DNA of 64,000 nt from Flavobacteriaceae bacterium. Lineage in GTDB: Bacteria > Bacteroidota > Bacteroidia > Flavobacteriales > Flavobacteriaceae. A program made the translations under genes and the position numbers. Numbering within the stretch: position 1 is the stretch's first letter; each line of letters opens with the position of its first letter. Positions 1 to 9,892 of the stretch are shown piece by piece. The DNA lies in the NCBI GenBank assembly GCA_009926065.1, contig RFPP01000002.1, positions 29,713 to 93,712 of the forward strand, written 5' to 3'. The notes under the pieces were generated by a model. That model had not been told where the DNA came from. It was given only the letters and a program-made list of their open reading frames with translations, and made no database searches.

Positions 1-1357
1 CAATATCTGGAAGAATAAAGAAGTTACTATCTGTATCTTTTGATAAAAATTGAATTCCATTATTTGATAATTCAACCTGATTGTTTTTTTCTTCAATTAC
101 AAAATACAAGGCCTCATCCACAAGATGCATGTCCCTTTTATTGTCTTGTAAGTATTGATTTTCAGTTTTTTGAAGTAATTGTTTAATTCCTTCTTCACTT
201 AAAAACTTTATTAATGCTTTGTTTTTTGGTAAACTTCGGTATGCACGTAACAAGTTAAAACCGCCATCTTTAGTATTACCCTCCTTAATTAACCGTTTTG
301 CTTCTGTTAAAAAACCATTTGATATTTGTTTTTGTAAATTAACTAAATTTTCAATTTTTGGTTTCAATTCGTTAAACTCATGCCGATCGCCTTGAGGAAC
401 TGGACCAGAAATAATCAAAGGGGTTCTTGCGTCATCAATTAATACAGAATCGACCTCGTCTACAATTGCAAAATTGTGTTTTCTTTGCACTAATTCTGCC
501 GGTGAATGCGCCATATTATCTCTCAAATAATCGAAACCAAATTCGTTATTTGTTCCATAAGTAATGTCGGCTTCGTAGGCTTTTCTTCTCTCGTCAGAAT
601 TTGGTTGGTGGTTGTCGATACAATCAACTGTCAATCCATGGAATTCGAATAAAGGCGCTTTCCAAGTACTATCTCTTTTTGCCAAATAATCATTTACAGT
701 TACTAAATGCACTCCGTTTCCAGTTAAAGCATTTAGGTATAATGGTAAGGTTGCTACCAATGTTTTTCCTTCACCCGTTTGCATTTCAGCAACTTTTCCT
801 TCATGAAGTACCATTCCTCCAATTAACTGTACATCATAGTGAATCATATCCCAGGTAATTTGCTTTCCTGCCGCACTCCATGAATTAGACCAAATAGCAT
901 GTTCTCCTTCTAAAGTAATGTAGGTTTTTGTAGCAGAAAGTTCTCTGTCTTTTGCTGTAGCTGTAACTTTTATAGTAGTATTTTCTTTAAAACGTTTTGC
1001 AGTTTCTTTAACTACTGCAAATGCTTCAGGAAGAATATCATTTAAAGTTTTTTCAGAAATCTCATAAGCTTCTTTTTCTAAAGCATCGATTTCTAAATAT
1101 AAATCTTCTCTTTTGTCAATATCTTCAATTGTTTCAACTTCAGCTTTTAGAGTGGCAATTTTAGCATCTTTTTCAGATCGAGCTTGTTTAATTAACTCTT
1201 TAAAATAGGCTGTTTTTGCTCTCAATTCATCATTTGATAATGATTCTAAAGCGCTTTCAAACGATTTTATTTTATTTACATTTCCCTGTAAAGCCTTTAC
1301 ATCTTGTTGCGATTTATCTCCTACAAAGACTTTTAATATGCTGTTTATGAAACTCAT
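1..1357 (-). CDS. secA: Preprotein translocase ATPase SecA, 5' part (runs off window start)
   Basis: Absent from ORF track (no stop in window). Reverse-complement translation begins [21 protein letters not shown] at 1357 and contains [12 protein letters not shown] (Walker A) and [22 protein letters not shown]. Confidence 0.97.
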   Translation of the reverse strand, partial: MSFINSILKVFVGDKSQQDVKALQGNVNKIKSFESALESLSNDELRAKTAYFKELIKQARSEKDAKIATLKAEVETIEDIDKREDLYLEIDALEKEAYEISEKTLNDILPEAFAVVKETAKRFKENTTIKVTATAKDRELSATKTYITLEGEHAIWSNSWSAAGKQITWDMIHYDVQLIGGMVLHEGKVAEMQTGEGKTLVATLPLYLNALTGNGVHLVTVNDYLAKRDSTWKAPLFEFHGLTVDCIDNHQPNSDERRKAYEADITYGTNNEFGFDYLRDNMAHSPAELVQRKHNFAIVDEVDSVLIDDARTPLIISGPVPQGDRHEFNELKPKIENLVNLQKQISNGFLTEAKRLIKEGNTKDGGFNLLRAYRSLPKNKALIKFLSEEGIKQLLQKTENQYLQDNKRDMHLVDEALYFVIEEKNNQVELSNNGIQFLSKDTDSNFFILPDI

Positions 1358-1401
1358 AATATGATTTCTATTTCAATTTATAATAGGTGTGCAAAATAAC
1401 C

Positions 1402-1428
1402 AAAAAAAAAGTCTCGTTGGAGACTTTT
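1402..1428 (-). terminator. Rho-independent terminator after DUF2795 gene
   Basis: AAAAGTCTC-GTTG-GAGACTTTT hairpin; A-run at 1402-1410 reads as a U-tract on the minus strand. Confidence 0.7.
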
Positions 1429-1447
1429 CATGGGTTTTAATATTTTT

Positions 1448-1669
1448 TTAATATTCATCCTCGTTCCAAAGATAATCTTCGTCCGTTGGATAATCAGGCC
1501 AAATTTCTTCCATTGATTCATAAATCTCTCCTTCATCCTCTATAGATTGTAGGTTCTCCACTACTTCAAGTGGCGCACCAGCTCTAATAGCGTAGTCAAT
1601 AAGTTCGTCTTTGGTAGCAGGCCATGGTGCATCACTTAAATAAGATGCTAATTCTAATGTCCAATACAT
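1448..1669 (-). CDS. DUF2795 family small acidic protein
   Basis: 73 aa MYWTLELASYLSDAPWPATKDELIDYAIRAGAP..., the conserved Bacteroidota protein recalled upstream of secA. Confidence 0.85.
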   Translation of the reverse strand: MYWTLELASYLSDAPWPATKDELIDYAIRAGAPLEVVENLQSIEDEGEIYESMEEIWPDYPTDEDYLWNEDEY

Positions 1670-1832
1670 TTTTACTTATTTTTAGTTTATGCAAAAATAA
1701 ATTTTTTACTTAAAAAGTCAAGTAAAATTCCATTTATTTTACAAAATAGTTAAGAACGTGATTAATATTACCTAAATATTGATAGTAAATAATTGGTTAT
1801 CAATATTTTAATTAAATGATTTTTTCTAAAAA

Positions 1833-2402
1833 TTACTTTCTTGGAATCCATTTAACTTCAGCAGCTTTGAGGTCGTAGCTCAACTTTCGTGCCAACACAA
1901 AAAGGTAGTCAGAAAGGCGGTTTAAGTACTTAATTGCATTTTCATCCACAGTTTCATTATGGTTTAAATGCACTGCTAATCGTTCGGCACGACGGCAAAC
2001 ACATCTTGCAATGTGACAATATGACACTGTTGTATGTCCTCCAGGTAAAATAAAATGAGTCATCGGCGGAAGTAATTCCTCCATGGTATCAATTTCTTTT
2101 TCTAAAAATTCAATATCACCTTCAACAATTCCTAGATTTTTCAATCTTAATTCACCATTTTTTTTTACCGCTTTTTCAGGTGGTGTTGCTAAAATTGCAC
2201 CAACAGTAAATAATCGGTCTTGAACTTCGATCAAAACTTCTTTGTAATGGGAATCCATTTCTTGATCGCGAAGTAAACCAATATGTGAATTTAATTCGTC
2301 AACAGTGCCGTAGCTTTCTATTCTAATGTGGTCTTTTGGAACTCTTGTGCCTCCAAAAAGAGCTGTAGTTCCTGTATCTCCAGTTTTAGTGTAAATTTTC
2401 AT
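1833..2402 (-). CDS. pduO: ATP:cob(I)alamin adenosyltransferase, PduO type
   Basis: [25 protein letters not shown] and [10 protein letters not shown] motifs. Confidence 0.93.
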   Translation of the reverse strand: MKIYTKTGDTGTTALFGGTRVPKDHIRIESYGTVDELNSHIGLLRDQEMDSHYKEVLIEVQDRLFTVGAILATPPEKAVKKNGELRLKNLGIVEGDIEFLEKEIDTMEELLPPMTHFILPGGHTTVSYCHIARCVCRRAERLAVHLNHNETVDENAIKYLNRLSDYLFVLARKLSYDLKAAEVKWIPRK

Positions 2403-3103
2403 TCTACCGTTTTGTTTTTATTATTGGTGTCACTTTCAATTAAACCATCACGCAAACGGATTACTCGGTGAGCATATGCCGCAACTTCTTCCTCGTGAGT
2501 TACAATAATTACTGTATTTCCTAATTTATGAATGTCACCAAATAATTTCATTATTTCTTCCGATGTTTTACTATCTAAATTTCCAGTAGGTTCATCTGCA
2601 AGGATAATTGAAGGCCTGTTAACCAGTGCTCTGGCAACCGCAACACGTTGACGTTGTCCTCCAGAAAGTTGGTTGGGTTGGTGGTCCATTCTATCAGCTA
2701 ATCCTACTTGATTCAGTACTTCTTCCGCTCTAATCATACGTTCGGATTTTGAATATCCTGCATATATCATCGGTAAAGCAACATTGTCTAAAGCGGTTGT
2801 TCTTGGCAATAGATTGAAAGTTTGAAATACAAAACCAATTTCTTTATTACGAATTTCAGCTAGTTCATCATCGTGCATTTTACTTACATCTTTTCCGTTC
2901 AAAATATAACTTCCTGATGTTGGTGTATCCAAACAACCTAATAAATTCATTAAAGTTGATTTTCCTGAACCTGAGGGCCCCATTAAAGCAACATATTCTC
3001 CTTTATTTATTTCTAAATCAATTCCTTTTAGAACATAAACAAATTCATTTCCTAGAACGAAATCTCTTTTTATTTTGGTAATTTGAATTAGTGGTTTTGC
3101 CAT
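2399..3103 (-). CDS. ABC transporter ATP-binding protein (LolD/MacB-like)
   Basis: [47 protein letters not shown]; 4-nt overlap with pduO. Confidence 0.92.
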   Translation of the reverse strand: MAKPLIQITKIKRDFVLGNEFVYVLKGIDLEINKGEYVALMGPSGSGKSTLMNLLGCLDTPTSGSYILNGKDVSKMHDDELAEIRNKEIGFVFQTFNLLPRTTALDNVALPMIYAGYSKSERMIRAEEVLNQVGLADRMDHQPNQLSGGQRQRVAVARALVNRPSIILADEPTGNLDSKTSEEIMKLFGDIHKLGNTVIIVTHEEEVAAYAHRVIRLRDGLIESDTNNKNKTVE

Positions 3104-3215
3104 TTTTTTATTTGGAATTCAATTGGTGTTAGTTTTTGTATTTTATTTTAGGGGTTAAAAGTACAAAAATGAATCATGGATTTGTTAATTCCTAGATTTT
3201 TTTAACGTTTCGATT

Positions 3216-3710
3216 TTATACTCGAATGGTGAAATGTTCTTTTACTTGTTCTTTTCGAATAAATGCTAATCCAAATGAATAGGTGTCAATTGTAACATTA
3301 AAATTAGAACTTACAACAACTGATTTCCATTGTATTTCAGTTGCTTTGGAATAATGAGGATTTTCGAAAATAAAACAAGTTTCATTATTAGCCAAAGTAA
3401 TAATTGACTCTAATTCAATATTTTGATCATTTAAATAAGTCGAATCTATATAAATAAAATCAACTTTTAAAGTTTCATTTTCTTTATTTTCCGAAATATA
3501 AATCCCTTTTTCAAACTGGAAATAATGAAACAATCGATTTAAAAATTTTCCTTTTTTAGTCTTTGTTTCCAAATTCGGAAAGTAAGGAGATAAGTTTGTT
3601 TTGTCATAAAAACATTTGGTTACCAATAAAAAAACAAATGGTGAATGAACCCCATGTTCGTTTTTGGAGTTCCAGAGAAATTTCAGATATGATATTATTA
3701 GGTGTATCAC
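3216..3710 (-). CDS. Shortened class I SAM-methyltransferase-like protein
   Basis: N-terminus (NEHGVHSPFVF) and C-terminus (VTIDTYSFGLAFIRKEQVKEHFTIRV) resemble a conserved Bacteroidota methyltransferase family; no glycine-rich SAM motif is visible. Confidence 0.6.
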   Translation of the reverse strand: MIHLIISYLKFLWNSKNEHGVHSPFVFLLVTKCFYDKTNLSPYFPNLETKTKKGKFLNRLFHYFQFEKGIYISENKENETLKVDFIYIDSTYLNDQNIELESIITLANNETCFIFENPHYSKATEIQWKSVVVSSNFNVTIDTYSFGLAFIRKEQVKEHFTIRV

Positions 3711-3813
3711 AGATTATCACTAAGTTTGGCACAAAATTATATAATTAAATAAAAGAAAGCTATGATAAACTAAGTGCCCTATGTTAGTGAATCTTCCTTA
3801 AATTCTAAATAAA

Positions 3814-5676
3814 TCACCCTTCCAATTTGCTAGAAAGTTCAAACCATCTTACCTCTTTTATTTCTATTTTATCGATGATATTTTTCAATTCGTTTGCCTT
3901 TTTTTCAATATCATTGGAGTCTATTTTTCCCTCAGAGAATAATTGCTCAATTTTGGCTTTTTCAATTTCTAAATCTTTGATCTCTCTCTCAATTTTCTGA
4001 TATTCTTTCTGCTCATTAAAGGTCAAATTTCCCACTGGATTATTTTGCTTCCAATCTTTTTTCTCTGTTTTATTGTACTCTTTTTGAGCGACATCCACAC
4101 TATCTTCATAGGCTCTAAAATCAGAGTAATTTCCCGGAAAATTATCTATTTCTCCTTGACCTCTAAACACAAACAAATGGTCTACAATTTTATCCATGAA
4201 GTAACGGTCATGAGAAACCACAAGTAAGCAACCAGGAAAATCCAATAAAAAACTCTCTAAAACATTTAACGTTACAATATCTAAGTCGTTTGTTGGTTCA
4301 TCAAGAATTAAAAAGTTAGGATTCTGAATTAAAACCGTACATAAATATAAACGTTTCAGTTCGCCACCACTCAATTTTTCAACGTAATCGTATTGTTTTT
4401 TGCTATCAAATAAAAATCGTTCTAACAATTGAGAAGCCGAAATAATTTTTCCTTTCGTTAACGGAATATACTCCCCATATTCTTTAATAACATCAATTAC
4501 ACGTTGTGCCGGTTTAGGATTGATTCCACTTTGAGTGTAATAACCAATTTTAATGGTGTCTCCTACAACTACTTTTCCATTATCAGGTGGTAATGTACCT
4601 GTCAATAAATTTAAAAAAGTAGATTTACCAGTACCGTTTTTACCTATAATCCCAATACGTTCTCCACGCTGAAAATCAAAACTGAAATTGTTTAAAATTA
4701 CATGGTCCTTGAATTTCTTTGAAACCTTGTGAAGCTCTATAATTTTGCTTCCCATACGTTCCATATTAATTTCTAATTCCACCACATTTTCCTTTCTTCG
4801 ACTTTGCGCTTTCTCCTTAATTATATAAAAATCATCTTGACGAGATTTCGATTTAGTAGTTCTCGCTTTTGGTTGGCGACGCATCCATTCTAATTCCTTT
4901 AAAAATAGGTTCTGTGCCTTATCAATACTCGAATTTTCAGAAGCTATTCGCTCTTCTTTTTTTTCTAAATAATAGGAGTAATTTCCTTTGTATTGGTATA
5001 TTTTTCCGTTGTCCAATTCAATTATTTCATTACAAACACGCTCTAAAAAGAAACGGTCGTGGGTTACCATAAACAACGTAATATTTTCTTTAGCAAAATA
5101 ACTTTCTAGCCATTCAATCATCTCTAAATCTAAGTGATTCGTTGGCTCATCAAGAATTAGTAAATCGGGGCGATTGATTAATATAATTGCTAATGATAAT
5201 CTTTTTTTCTGTCCGCCAGATAGATTTTTAACTTTCAATTTAAAATCCTCCAACTTCAATTTGAACAAAATTTGCTTGTATTGTGTTTCAAAATCCCAAG
5301 CATTATGTAGGTCCATTGCATCAAATGCCTTTTGATAGGAATCTTGGTCTTCAGGATTTTCTAAAGCTTTTTCATAAGTCTCAATCACCTTTAAACTCTC
5401 ATTATCTGATGCAAAAATGCACTCTTCAATAGTTAATTCTTCCTGCAATTTATTATCTTGAGATAAAAATGCCATTCTAATGCTCTTTCTCAAAACCACT
5501 TGCCCAGTATCCGGTTCTTCAAAACCATTAATGATGTTCATGATGGTGGTTTTTCCCGAACCATTTTTGGCTATGAATGCAATTTTTTGGTCCTTATTGA
5601 TACCAAAAGACAGGTTTTCAAAAAGTGTTTTTTCTCCAAATGATTTAGAGATATTTTCAACAGATAAATAATTCAC
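3814..5676 (-). CDS. ABC-F family ATPase (Uup-like)
   Basis: Two ABC domains (AKNGSGKTT/LSGGQKKR; GKNGTGKST/LSGGELKR), no TM segments, C-terminal coiled coil. GTG start at 5676 (VNYLSVENISK) preferred over the ORF-track start at 5787. Confidence 0.9.
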   Translation of the reverse strand: MNYLSVENISKSFGEKTLFENLSFGINKDQKIAFIAKNGSGKTTIMNIINGFEEPDTGQVVLRKSIRMAFLSQDNKLQEELTIEECIFASDNESLKVIETYEKALENPEDQDSYQKAFDAMDLHNAWDFETQYKQILFKLKLEDFKLKVKNLSGGQKKRLSLAIILINRPDLLILDEPTNHLDLEMIEWLESYFAKENITLFMVTHDRFFLERVCNEIIELDNGKIYQYKGNYSYYLEKKEERIASENSSIDKAQNLFLKELEWMRRQPKARTTKSKSRQDDFYIIKEKAQSRRKENVVELEINMERMGSKIIELHKVSKKFKDHVILNNFSFDFQRGERIGIIGKNGTGKSTFLNLLTGTLPPDNGKVVVGDTIKIGYYTQSGINPKPAQRVIDVIKEYGEYIPLTKGKIISASQLLERFLFDSKKQYDYVEKLSGGELKRLYLCTVLIQNPNFLILDEPTNDLDIVTLNVLESFLLDFPGCLLVVSHDRYFMDKIVDHLFVFRGQGEIDNFPGNYSDFRAYEDSVDVAQKEYNKTEKKDWKQNNPVGNLTFNEQKEYQKIEREIKDLEIEKAKIEQLFSEGKIDSNDIEKKANELKNIIDKIEIKEVRWFELSSKLEG

Positions 5677-5691
5677 AAGTGTATTTTTTTG

Positions 5692-5699
5692 CAAAAGTA
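5692..5699 (-). promoter_or_regulatory. Bacteroidota sigma-A -7 box (TACTTTTG) for ABC-F gene
   Basis: Exact TAnnTTTG 16 nt upstream of the GTG start. Confidence 0.5.
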
Positions 5700-5731
5700 A
5701 GCTATTGTATTGAAACTTGTTACTTTGAAAC

Positions 5732-5763
5732 TTTGCAACTTTACAACTTAAAATATATCTTTG
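5732..5763 (+). promoter_or_regulatory. Bacteroidota sigma-A promoter (-33 TTTG / -7 TATCTTTG) for GT2 gene
   Basis: TTTG at 5732-5735, 20-nt spacer, TATCTTTG at 5756-5763, ATG at 5768. Confidence 0.6.
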
Positions 5764-5767
5764 AAAA

Positions 5768-6928
5768 ATGCAATTATCAGTAATCATCCTTAATTATAAT
5801 GTTCGCTTCTTCTTAGAGCAATGTGTTGCAAGTGTTCAAGAGGCACTGACCAACATTGATAGTGAAATTATTGTAGTTGATAATGATTCTTCTGATTATA
5901 GTTGTGAAATGATTAAATCTCGTTTTCCAAACGTGAAACTCATTGAAAATAATTCTAATTTGGGATTTCCAAAAGGGAATAATATTGGTGTAAGTCAGGC
6001 CAAAGGTGATTATATTTGTATATTAAATCCGGATACTGTTGTTGCTGAGGATACCTTCGCTATGATTCTCGCATTTGCTGAAAAGCAAGAAAATCTGGGA
6101 ATTGTTGGATGCAAATTAATAGATGGCTCGGGTAATTTTTTACCAGAGAGTAAAAGAGGGATTCCAACTCCTTTTGTAGCGTTCACTAAAATAGTTGGTC
6201 TTAATAAATTATTTCCAAATTGGGAAATTTTCAATCGTTATTATGCTCAATATTTATCTGAAAATGAAACAGGGAAAGTCGATATTCTTGTTGGTGCTTT
6301 TATGATAATGAAGCGCGATTTATATAATGAAATTGGTGGATTTGATGAAAATTGTTTTATGTATTCTGACGATATTGATTTGTGTTTTATGGCCTTAAAA
6401 ATCGGAAAAAACAATTTTTATTTCCATGAAACTTCTGTAGTACATTATAAAGGAGAAAGCACCATAAAAGACGGTTTGTACATGAAGCGATTCCGAGATG
6501 CGATGCAGTTTTTTTATAAGAAACATTATAAAAGTTCTCCGTTATTTGATTTTTTCATGAAAATAGGAACTTTGTTTTTTTCTTTAATCAAAAAAAATCA
6601 GGGGAATAGTAATCCAATTGAAATTGATGATTATATTTTGATATCTAAGGATGAAAATTTGAAGAATAAATTGGAAAAACAATTGAATAAAAAATTAAAT
6701 TGGGAAACTAAATTAGATTCAAATAGCTTATTTTCGCATGGAAATAATAGTAAAAAGCAAACAGAGATTTTGATTGATAATAACTCATTTTCATTTAAAT
6801 TGATTATTTCATTTATAGAAACATATAACAATCAAGGTTTTACCTTTAAAATTATTCCTAAAAATACTTTATTTATGATAGGAAGTAACAATAGCAACGA
6901 CAAAGGAACAGTAGTAAAAATTGATTAA
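5768..6928 (+). CDS. Glycosyltransferase family 2
   Basis: LSVIILNYN, VVDNDSSD, ILNPDT, DENCFMYSDDIDLC, HYKGES motifs. Confidence 0.9.
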   Translation: MQLSVIILNYNVRFFLEQCVASVQEALTNIDSEIIVVDNDSSDYSCEMIKSRFPNVKLIENNSNLGFPKGNNIGVSQAKGDYICILNPDTVVAEDTFAMILAFAEKQENLGIVGCKLIDGSGNFLPESKRGIPTPFVAFTKIVGLNKLFPNWEIFNRYYAQYLSENETGKVDILVGAFMIMKRDLYNEIGGFDENCFMYSDDIDLCFMALKIGKNNFYFHETSVVHYKGESTIKDGLYMKRFRDAMQFFYKKHYKSSPLFDFFMKIGTLFFSLIKKNQGNSNPIEIDDYILISKDENLKNKLEKQLNKKLNWETKLDSNSLFSHGNNSKKQTEILIDNNSFSFKLIISFIETYNNQGFTFKIIPKNTLFMIGSNNSNDKGTVVKID

Positions 6929-6965
6929 TATTTCATATAACGCAGTAATTATTCATATTATTTAG

Positions 6966-6973
6966 TAATTTTG
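6966..6973 (+). promoter_or_regulatory. Putative -7 box (TAATTTTG) for E2 gene
   Basis: TAnnTTTG match about 38 nt upstream of the ATG. Confidence 0.45.
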
Positions 6974-7010
6974 CAAAACGAATACACCAAAACAACTTTA
7001 GTTTAAGAAT

Positions 7011-8294
7011 ATGGCAAAGTTTGAATTGAAATTACCAAAAATGGGAGAAAGTGTTGCTGAAGCGACAATTACCAATTGGTTAAAAAAAGTTGGAGATAAA
7101 ATAGAAATCGATGAAGCGGTCTTAGAAATTGCTACCGACAAAGTAGACAGTGAAATACCCTCTGAAATTTCTGGTGTTTTATCTGAAATACTTTTTAATG
7201 TAAATGATATTGTTAAAGTAGGACAAACTATTGCAATTATTGAAACTGAAGCTCAAGACTTAATTCCTGTTGTTTCAGAACCTGAAGTTGCTCCAGAAAG
7301 CGTTGTAGCTGTTGAAGAAATTATCGAAAAAGCCGTTGCTACAGTTTCTGAACCGGTTAATTTTTCAAGTTCACATAAATTCTTTTCACCTTTAGTTAAA
7401 AATATTGCCAAAGAGGAAGGAATAACAATTGCAGAATTAGAAGCTATAAATGGATCTGGAAAAGAAGGTCGTGTTACTAAAGAAGACCTATTGAAATTTG
7501 TGGAAACTCGTAAATCAAATTTTGCTACGGAACTTTCAAAACCAATAAATATCAACCAACAACCAACAACTATTTTGGTAAATGGTGGTGATGAAATTGT
7601 GGAAATGGATAGAATGCGAAAGCTGATTTCTGGATATATGATGGCTTCGATTTCTACCTCTGCTCACGTGCAGTCATTTATAGAAGTGGATGTAACCAAT
7701 ATTTGGAAATGGCGTGAGAAAAACAAAAATGCTTTTGAAAAGAGAGAAGGTGAGAAGCTGACTTTTACTCCAATTTTTATGGAAGCAGTTGCTAAAGCGT
7801 TAAAAGATTTCCCAGGAATGAATATTTCTGTTGATGGTGAATATATAATCAAAAAGAAAAACATCAATTTAGGTATGGCTGCGGCTTTACCCAACGGTAA
7901 TTTGATTGTTCCAGTAATAAAAAATGCCGATCAATTGAATTTAGTTGGAATGGCAAAAGCGGTTAACGATTTAGGAAATCGTGCTAAAGAAGGTAAATTG
8001 AAACCAGACGATACTCAAGGAGGAACCTATACCGTAACAAATGTGGGAACTTTCGGAAGTGTTTTTGGAACACCAATTATCAATCAGCCGCAAGTGGGGA
8101 TTTTAGCATTGGGCGCTATACGTAAAGTCCCAGCTGTTATTGAAACTCCAGAAGGGGATTTTATAGGAATTCGTAACAAAATGTTCTTATCTCACAGTTA
8201 CGATCACCGTGTGGTGGACGGAGCGCTTGGCGGTAGTTTTGTTAAACGAGTTGCCGATTATTTGGAAGCATTTGACATTAATAGAGAATTTTAA
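7011..8294 (+). CDS. 2-oxoacid dehydrogenase E2 (dihydrolipoamide acyltransferase, probably branched-chain)
   Basis: Lipoyl domain ATDKVDSEIPS, E3-binding SPLVKNIAKEEGI...GSGKEGRVTKED, catalytic DHRVVDG. Confidence 0.93.
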   Translation: MAKFELKLPKMGESVAEATITNWLKKVGDKIEIDEAVLEIATDKVDSEIPSEISGVLSEILFNVNDIVKVGQTIAIIETEAQDLIPVVSEPEVAPESVVAVEEIIEKAVATVSEPVNFSSSHKFFSPLVKNIAKEEGITIAELEAINGSGKEGRVTKEDLLKFVETRKSNFATELSKPININQQPTTILVNGGDEIVEMDRMRKLISGYMMASISTSAHVQSFIEVDVTNIWKWREKNKNAFEKREGEKLTFTPIFMEAVAKALKDFPGMNISVDGEYIIKKKNINLGMAAALPNGNLIVPVIKNADQLNLVGMAKAVNDLGNRAKEGKLKPDDTQGGTYTVTNVGTFGSVFGTPIINQPQVGILALGAIRKVPAVIETPEGDFIGIRNKMFLSHSYDHRVVDGALGGSFVKRVADYLEAFDINREF

Positions 8295-8321
8295 TTATTC
8301 TTTAATAATAAATATTTTTTC

Positions 8322-8358
8322 AAACCCATCTGTTTAATCAGGTGGGTTTTTGTTTTTT
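8322..8358 (+). terminator. Rho-independent terminator
   Basis: AAACCCATCTG / CAGGTGGGTTT stem followed by a T-rich tract. Confidence 0.75.
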
Positions 8359-8376
8359 TATATTGTATTATAAAAG

Positions 8377-8384
8377 TATATTTG
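8377..8384 (+). promoter_or_regulatory. Putative -7 box (TATATTTG) for exonuclease gene
   Basis: TAnnTTTG located between the terminator and the ATG at 8403. Confidence 0.5.
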
Positions 8385-8402
8385 TTTTCTAAATCATAAA
8401 TA

Positions 8403-9173
8403 ATGGAATTAAAATTAACCCGACCTATTTGCTTTTTTGATCTTGAAACTACTGGTATTGATGTGGCTAAAGACAGAATAGTAGAAATATCAATTTTTAA
8501 GGTTTTTCCCAATGGGAATAAGGAAAGCAAGACGTGGTTGGTAAATCCGACGGTTCCTATCCCACCTCAATCAACTGCGGTTCATGGAATTTCAAATGAG
8601 AAAGTGGCCAACGAACCTACCTTTAATGAACTGGCTCCGGTGATTTATAATATGATTAAGGATAGTGATTTAGCGGGTTATAATTCCGATCGATTTGACA
8701 TTCCTTTATTGGCGGAAGAATTGTTACGAGCTGGAGTTGATTTTGATATGAAAGGACGAGTTTCAGTGGATGTTCAAACGGTATTTCATAAAAAGGAAGA
8801 ACGAACTTTGAGTGCGGCATTGAAATTTTATTGTGGTGAAGATTTGGAGAACGCCCATTCAGCTGAAGCCGATACGATGGCGACTTATGAAATTTTGAAA
8901 GCCCAGTTGGATCGATATTCCGATTTAGATAACGACATAAAAGCTTTATCAGAGTTTACCACAAGAAAAAAGAACGCTGATTTTGCAGGAATGATAGTTT
9001 TTGATGAAGATGGAGATGAGGTTTTTAATTTTGGAAAACACAAAGGTCTAAAGGTAAGTACTGTTTTGGAAGCAGAACCAGGTTATTACAGTTGGATTCA
9101 AAACGCTGATTTTCCATTGTATACCAAGAAAATTCTGACAGCTATTAAGTTAAGAAAATTGAATACAAAATAA
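8403..9173 (+). CDS. DEDDh 3'-5' exonuclease (DNA pol III epsilon-like)
   Basis: FFDLETTG, GYNSDRFD, HSAEADT motifs; C-terminal FGKHKG motif. Confidence 0.9.
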   Translation: MELKLTRPICFFDLETTGIDVAKDRIVEISIFKVFPNGNKESKTWLVNPTVPIPPQSTAVHGISNEKVANEPTFNELAPVIYNMIKDSDLAGYNSDRFDIPLLAEELLRAGVDFDMKGRVSVDVQTVFHKKEERTLSAALKFYCGEDLENAHSAEADTMATYEILKAQLDRYSDLDNDIKALSEFTTRKKNADFAGMIVFDEDGDEVFNFGKHKGLKVSTVLEAEPGYYSWIQNADFPLYTKKILTAIKLRKLNTK

Positions 9174-9203
9174 GAACGATTTAGTTTATTGAAAAAAATA
9201 CCA

Positions 9204-9274
9204 TAGCCCCGATAGTAGAGGAAATCCCTCGCTTTTTGTGCGAGGATTGAAACGAATAGCGGGAAAAAGCTCTA
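9204..9274 (+). ncRNA. Structured intergenic repeat, copy A (probable Flavo-1 RNA motif family)
   Basis: TAGCCCCGATAGTAGAGGAAATCC-[stem-loop]-GGATTGAAACGAATAGCGGGAAAAAGCTCTA; conserved flanks shared with three other copies in the window. Family name is by recall, not by a covariance-model search. Confidence 0.7.
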
Positions 9275-9280
9275 AAAAAA

Positions 9281-9892
9281 ATGAAATTAATTTGTATCGG
9301 TAGGAATTATACCAAGCACATTGAAGAATTAAATAATGAACGTCCTGATGAACCGGTGGTTTTTATGAAGCCAGATTCGGCGATTTTGTTGAAGCAACAC
9401 CCGTTTGTAATACCAGAATTCTCAGAGGATATTCACCATGAATTGGAGGTTATTGTTAAGATTAACAAAGTTGGGAAATGTATTGAACCTAAATTTGCGC
9501 ATAAATATTATGATGAAATTAGTGTTGGAATTGATTTCACCGCGAGAGATTTGCAGCAAAAATTGAAAGACAAAGGACTTCCGTGGGAAAAAGCTAAGGC
9601 ATTTGATGGTTCGGCTGTGATAGGTGATTTTGTTTCAAAAAGTGACTTTAAATCGTTGGATAATCTTAATTTTGAAATGACCAACAACGGAGTTACGGTT
9701 CAAAAAGGCAATACGAGTTTTATGTTGTGGAAAATAGACGAATTGATAGCCTATGTTTCACAATTTTTCACCCTTAAAATCGGTGATATCATATTCACAG
9801 GAACACCTGAAGGGGTTGCTGTTGTTCGTCCAGATGATGTTTTGGAAGGATATTTAGAAGGAAATAAATTGTTTCGAATTCAAGTAAAATAA
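9281..9892 (+). CDS. Fumarylacetoacetate hydrolase family protein
   Basis: ICIGRNY, HHELEV, DFTARDLQ, WEKAKAFD, GDIIFTGTPEGV motifs. Confidence 0.92.
   Translation: MKLICIGRNYTKHIEELNNERPDEPVVFMKPDSAILLKQHPFVIPEFSEDIHHELEVIVKINKVGKCIEPKFAHKYYDEISVGIDFTARDLQQKLKDKGLPWEKAKAFDGSAVIGDFVSKSDFKSLDNLNFEMTNNGVTVQKGNTSFMLWKIDELIAYVSQFFTLKIGDIIFTGTPEGVAVVRPDDVLEGYLEGNKLFRIQVK

Noticed and set aside
601-858. 85-aa + strand ORF
   Set aside because: Antisense shadow of secA; no recognisable motif.
3563-5671. Short + strand ORFs at 3563, 4045, 4869 and 5480
   Set aside because: Lie antisense within the methyltransferase-like and ABC-F genes.
5677-5787. N-terminal extension of ABC-F in the ORF track
   Set aside because: Overlaps the divergent promoter and the GT2 start; GTG 5676 gives the family-typical N-terminus.
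6010-8530. Minus-strand ORFs at 6010, 6631, 7253, 7664 and 8291
   Set aside because: Antisense to well-supported genes or crossing a terminator.
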